A DNA stretch of 37,370 nucleotides from Acidithiobacillales bacterium (GTDB lineage: Bacteria > Acidobacteriota > Thermoanaerobaculia > UBA5066). The stretch lies in assembly GCA_050258155.1 (NCBI GenBank), contig JBLMYG010000057.1:1-37370 (forward strand), given 5' to 3'. A program made the position numbers and the translations under genes. The notes under the pieces are model-generated. The model searched no databases. It saw nothing but the letters and a program-made list of their open reading frames with translations, and was not told the DNA's origin. Positions 34,317-37,370 of the stretch are shown piece after piece (the first letter of the stretch is position 1; every line of letters starts with the position of its first letter).

Positions 34317-35507
34317 ATGACTGAAAAGAAGAAAGAAACACCCTTGCTCGACGAGCTCGAGAAGGGCCCCTGGCCGAGCTTCGTCAAGGAGCTCAAGAAG
34401 GAAGCCGCGAGGCCAATGGTCCAGGACCTCCTGGGTGTCCTCGAGCGCTCGTACGAGGAAAAGATCGGACACTGGAAACACGGAGGCCTCGTCGGTGTGA
34501 TGGGGTACGGCGGCGGCGTCATCGGCCGCTACTCCGATCTCCCCCAGGAGTTCCCCGAGTGCGCCGAGTTCCACACGATGCGCATCAACCACCCGTCCGG
34601 CTGGTTCTACACGTCCGAGGCTCTCCGAACCATCGCCGACATCTGGGACCGGCACGGCTCCGGCGTGACCAACATGCACGGGTCGACCGGAGACATCATT
34701 CTCCTCGGCACCAAGACGACCGAGCTGGAGCCGACCTTCGCCGAGCTGACGGAAAAAGGGTTCGACCTCGGCGGTTCCGGCTCCGACATGCGGAGCCCGA
34801 GCGCCTGCTGCGGCCCGGCCCGTTGCGAGTGGGCCTGCTACGACACCCTCAACGCCTGCTACGATTTCACCCAGACCTACCAGGACGAGCTGCACCGGCC
34901 GGCCTTTCCCTACAAGTACAAGCTGAAGTTCGCTGGCTGCCCCAACGACTGCGTGGCATCCGTCGCGCGCTCCGACATGTCCTTCATCGGGGTCTGGCGG
35001 GACGACATCAAGGTCGACCAGGCCGAGGTGAAGGCCTATGCCGCGAGCGGCAAGCTCGACATCCAGAAAGACGTCTGCGACCGCTGTCCCACCCGCTGCA
35101 TGAGCTGGAACGGCAGCGTCCTCGGCATCGACAACGCCAACTGCGTGAAGTGCATGCACTGCATCAACGCGATGCCCAAGGCGCTGGCCCCGGGCGACGA
35201 CCGCGGCGCGGCGATTCTCATCGGGTCGAAGGCGCCGATCGTCGGCGGCGCCCTCCTCTCCAGCGTCTTCGTGCCGTTCATCAAGATGGAGCCCCCCTAC
35301 GACGACATCAAGGAGCTTCTCTCGCGCATCTGGGACCTCTGGGCCGAGCACGGCAAGAACCGCGAGCGCGTGGGCGAGTTCATCCAGAGGATCGGGCTCG
35401 GCAACTTCCTGGAGCAGATCGGTCTCGAGCCGGCCCCCGAGATGATCACCGCGCCCCGGGCCAACCCCTACATCTTCTACGAAGAGACCGTGCAAGAGAC
35501 GGCCTGA
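34317..35507 (+). CDS. dsrA: Dissimilatory sulfite reductase alpha subunit
   Basis: [44 protein letters not shown], siroheme ligands C-x5-C...[17 protein letters not shown]. Confidence 0.99.
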   Translation: MTEKKKETPLLDELEKGPWPSFVKELKKEAARPMVQDLLGVLERSYEEKIGHWKHGGLVGVMGYGGGVIGRYSDLPQEFPECAEFHTMRINHPSGWFYTSEALRTIADIWDRHGSGVTNMHGSTGDIILLGTKTTELEPTFAELTEKGFDLGGSGSDMRSPSACCGPARCEWACYDTLNACYDFTQTYQDELHRPAFPYKYKLKFAGCPNDCVASVARSDMSFIGVWRDDIKVDQAEVKAYAASGKLDIQKDVCDRCPTRCMSWNGSVLGIDNANCVKCMHCINAMPKALAPGDDRGAAILIGSKAPIVGGALLSSVFVPFIKMEPPYDDIKELLSRIWDLWAEHGKNRERVGEFIQRIGLGNFLEQIGLEPAPEMITAPRANPYIFYEETVQETA

Positions 35508-35531
35508 GGACGGGAAAAGGAGTACCTACGA

Positions 35532-36611
35532 ATGTCTGCCACCCCGAGAAAAACCGACATCGGCCCGCCCCACTACGAGAAGTTCCTGCCCCCCGTCGTC
35601 AAGAAGAACTACGGGAAGTGGAAGTACCACGAGATCCTGAAGCCCGGCGTCATGGTCCACGTGGGCGTCTCCGGCGACAAGCTCTACACCGTCCGGGCCG
35701 CTTCGCCGCGAATCCTCTCCATCGACACGATCCGGACCTTCGCGAAACTGGCGGACGAGTACTCCGGGGGGTACCTCCGCTTCACGAGCCGGAACAACGT
35801 CGAGTTCCTGCCGACCGACCCCGCCAAGATCGACCCGCTCATCGCGGCCCTGAAGAAGGAAGGATTCCCCGTCGGCGGCATCGGACCGGCCATCTCGAAC
35901 TGCGTCCACACGCAGGGCTGGGTCCACTGCCATTCAGCGGCCTCCGACGCCTCCGGCGTCGTGAAGGCCGTCATGGACGAGCTCTACCCGCACTTCGTGA
36001 ACATCGACATGCCGGGAAAGCTCCGGATTGCGTTCGCCTGCTGCCTCAACATGTGCGGCGCGGTCCATTGCTCCGACATCGCCATCCTCGGCATCCACCG
36101 GAAGGCTCCCAAGATCAGCCACAAGGACCTCCCGAAGATGTGCGAGATCCCGAGCGTCGTAGCGTCGTGCCCGACGGGCGCGGTCCGTCCCGCCACGGTC
36201 GAGGGCGTGCAGTCCGTGGAGATCATCGAGGAGCAGTGCATGTACTGCGGCAACTGCTTCACGGTCTGCCCGGCTCTCAAGATCGCCAACGCGGAGAACG
36301 ACGGCATCTCGATCTGGGTGGGCGGCAAGGTCTCCAACGCCCGGAGCGAGCCCAAGTTCTCCAAGCTGGCCATCCCGTTCATCCCGAACAACCCGCCCCG
36401 CTGGCCGGAAGTCGTGGCTGCGGTCTCCAACCTCGTCAAGGTCTATGCCGCGAATGCACGGAAGTTCGAGCGGATGGGCGAGTGGATCGACCGGATCGGC
36501 TGGCCGAAATTCTTCCAGCTCACCGGGATCGAGTTCACCAAGTATCACATCGACGACTTCAAGCACGCCGGCGAGACGTACAGGCGCTCGATCCATCTAC
36601 GGCAGGCGTGA
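35532..36611 (+). CDS. dsrB: Dissimilatory sulfite reductase beta subunit
   Basis: [63 protein letters not shown]. Confidence 0.99.
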   Translation: MSATPRKTDIGPPHYEKFLPPVVKKNYGKWKYHEILKPGVMVHVGVSGDKLYTVRAASPRILSIDTIRTFAKLADEYSGGYLRFTSRNNVEFLPTDPAKIDPLIAALKKEGFPVGGIGPAISNCVHTQGWVHCHSAASDASGVVKAVMDELYPHFVNIDMPGKLRIAFACCLNMCGAVHCSDIAILGIHRKAPKISHKDLPKMCEIPSVVASCPTGAVRPATVEGVQSVEIIEEQCMYCGNCFTVCPALKIANAENDGISIWVGGKVSNARSEPKFSKLAIPFIPNNPPRWPEVVAAVSNLVKVYAANARKFERMGEWIDRIGWPKFFQLTGIEFTKYHIDDFKHAGETYRRSIHLRQA

Positions 36612-36620
36612 GGGGGTCTT

Positions 36621-36860
36621 ATGAGTCCCGTCAGTGTTGAGCAGGTCGCCGATGCGATGTTCCAGCTCGTCAAGGAGACGCACGGAAAGAAGAGCCTGAA
36701 GGCGATGGACCTCACCAAGGCCATGATCGAGAAGTTCGGCGAGGGGGAGTGCGGGAAGGACCTCTGCAAGCAGGCGATTCGTCAGCTCATGGACTCGGGT
36801 CGCTGCATCTATTCGTACTTCGGCGGCAGCTACATCACGCTCCCGCCGGACAAACCGTAG
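36621..36860 (+). CDS. dsrD: DsrD
   Basis: 79 aa directly after dsrB; winged-helix-like K.AIR.L.DSG...Y.Y.GGSYI.L C-terminus. Confidence 0.85.
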   Translation: MSPVSVEQVADAMFQLVKETHGKKSLKAMDLTKAMIEKFGEGECGKDLCKQAIRQLMDSGRCIYSYFGGSYITLPPDKP

Positions 36861-36870
36861 GGTCACGGAT

Positions 36871-36899
36871 GGCCTCCGGGGCCCTTTGCCCCGGAGGCC
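36871..36899 (+). terminator. GC-rich stem-loop between dsrD and dsrL (no U-tract; stabiliser or attenuator)
   Basis: ggcctccggggc-ccttt-gccccggaggcc, a perfect 12-bp stem. Confidence 0.55.
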
Positions 36900-36934
36900 C
36901 GCCTCATCCGGAGTTGGAAAGAGAGAGACGGACG

Positions 36935-37370
36935 ATGGGACTTCTGAAGCCGGTCACCAAGAAGCCTCCCCTCAGGATGGGAGGGAGCGGCGCCACGCAG
37001 GTGTCGTCGCTGCGTCCGCAGGTGGTCGAGAAGCTCGCCCCCTGCATCGGGAACTGCCCGAGCGGCTCGGACATCCGCGGCTGGATCACGACGATCGCGC
37101 AGCACGAGAAGACCGGGCTCTCCGAGGAGCAGGCCTTCGAGAAGGCGTGGCGCACGATCGTGGAGTACAACCCGTTCCCGGCCGTCATGGGGCGCGTCTG
37201 CCCGCATCCGTGCGAGGAGAACTGCAACCGGAGCGAAAAGGACGGTGCGGTGGCCGTCAACGCCCTCGAGCGCTTCGTCGGGGACTGGGGCCTCGAGAAG
37301 GGCCTCGCGCTCAGCCGGCTGCAAGACGACCCGAAGCCCGAGTCGATCGGCGTGATCGGCGCGGGGCCGG
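36935..37370 (+). CDS. dsrL: DsrL (GltD-like NAD(P)H:acceptor oxidoreductase), partial
   Basis: Not in the ORF track. Manual translation: MGLLKPVTKK...SLRPQVVEKLAPCIGNCPSGSDIRGW...AWRTIVEYNPFPAVMGRVCPHPCEENCNR...ALERFVGD...IGVIGAGP; follows dsrABD. Confidence 0.88.
   Translation, partial: MGLLKPVTKKPPLRMGGSGATQVSSLRPQVVEKLAPCIGNCPSGSDIRGWITTIAQHEKTGLSEEQAFEKAWRTIVEYNPFPAVMGRVCPHPCEENCNRSEKDGAVAVNALERFVGDWGLEKGLALSRLQDDPKPESIGVIGAGP

Noticed and set aside
99-36640. Many long overlapping ORFs in the track (e.g. 99-1742, 2441-4336, 17158-18948, 20951-23149, 23905-26451, 28361-30520, 34559-36640)
   Set aside because: Antisense or off-frame shadows of well-supported genes; expected at this GC content, and they show no family motifs.
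1-37370. Mobile elements, tRNA/rRNA genes, CRISPR arrays
   Set aside because: No integrase/transposase ORFs, terminal repeats, RNA gene signatures or repeat-spacer arrays were seen.

Overview
High-GC bacterial window carrying a dissimilatory sulfate-reduction supercluster. Right half: a minus-strand aprB-aprA-(Cys-rich small protein)-(YkgJ-family)-qmoABC-sat run, then two Rrf2 regulators, a degenerate macro domain, an HmcE/HmcF-like pair (HmcF fused to a receiver domain), a PAS-PAS kinase and a receiver. Diverging from aprB are dsrMK and dsrA-dsrB-dsrD-dsrL (dsrL cut by the window edge). The dsrABD+dsrL layout and high GC resemble Acidobacteriota-type sulfate reducers (inference only). Left half (~0.75-15 kb): a dense accessory module with two TSUP/TauE transporters, two PEP-synthase-like proteins lacking the PEP/pyruvate barrel (one with the phospho-His replaced by Pro), two cytidylate-kinase-like proteins, a DUF202 protein with 25 in-register heptads, two paralogous HAMP kinases and stand-alone receivers with no DNA-binding output. 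A partial murI lies at the left edge. The strongest hidden signal is regulatory: four sigma-54 (-24/-12) promoters precede dsrA, aprB and two accessory operons. Each has an upstream CGTTAC-N6-GTGAC near-palindrome, and in three cases it sits 103-105 bp from the -24 GG. This suggests one enhancer-dependent regulon linking core sulfate reduction to the accessory module. All calls come from reading motifs by eye; no searches were run.
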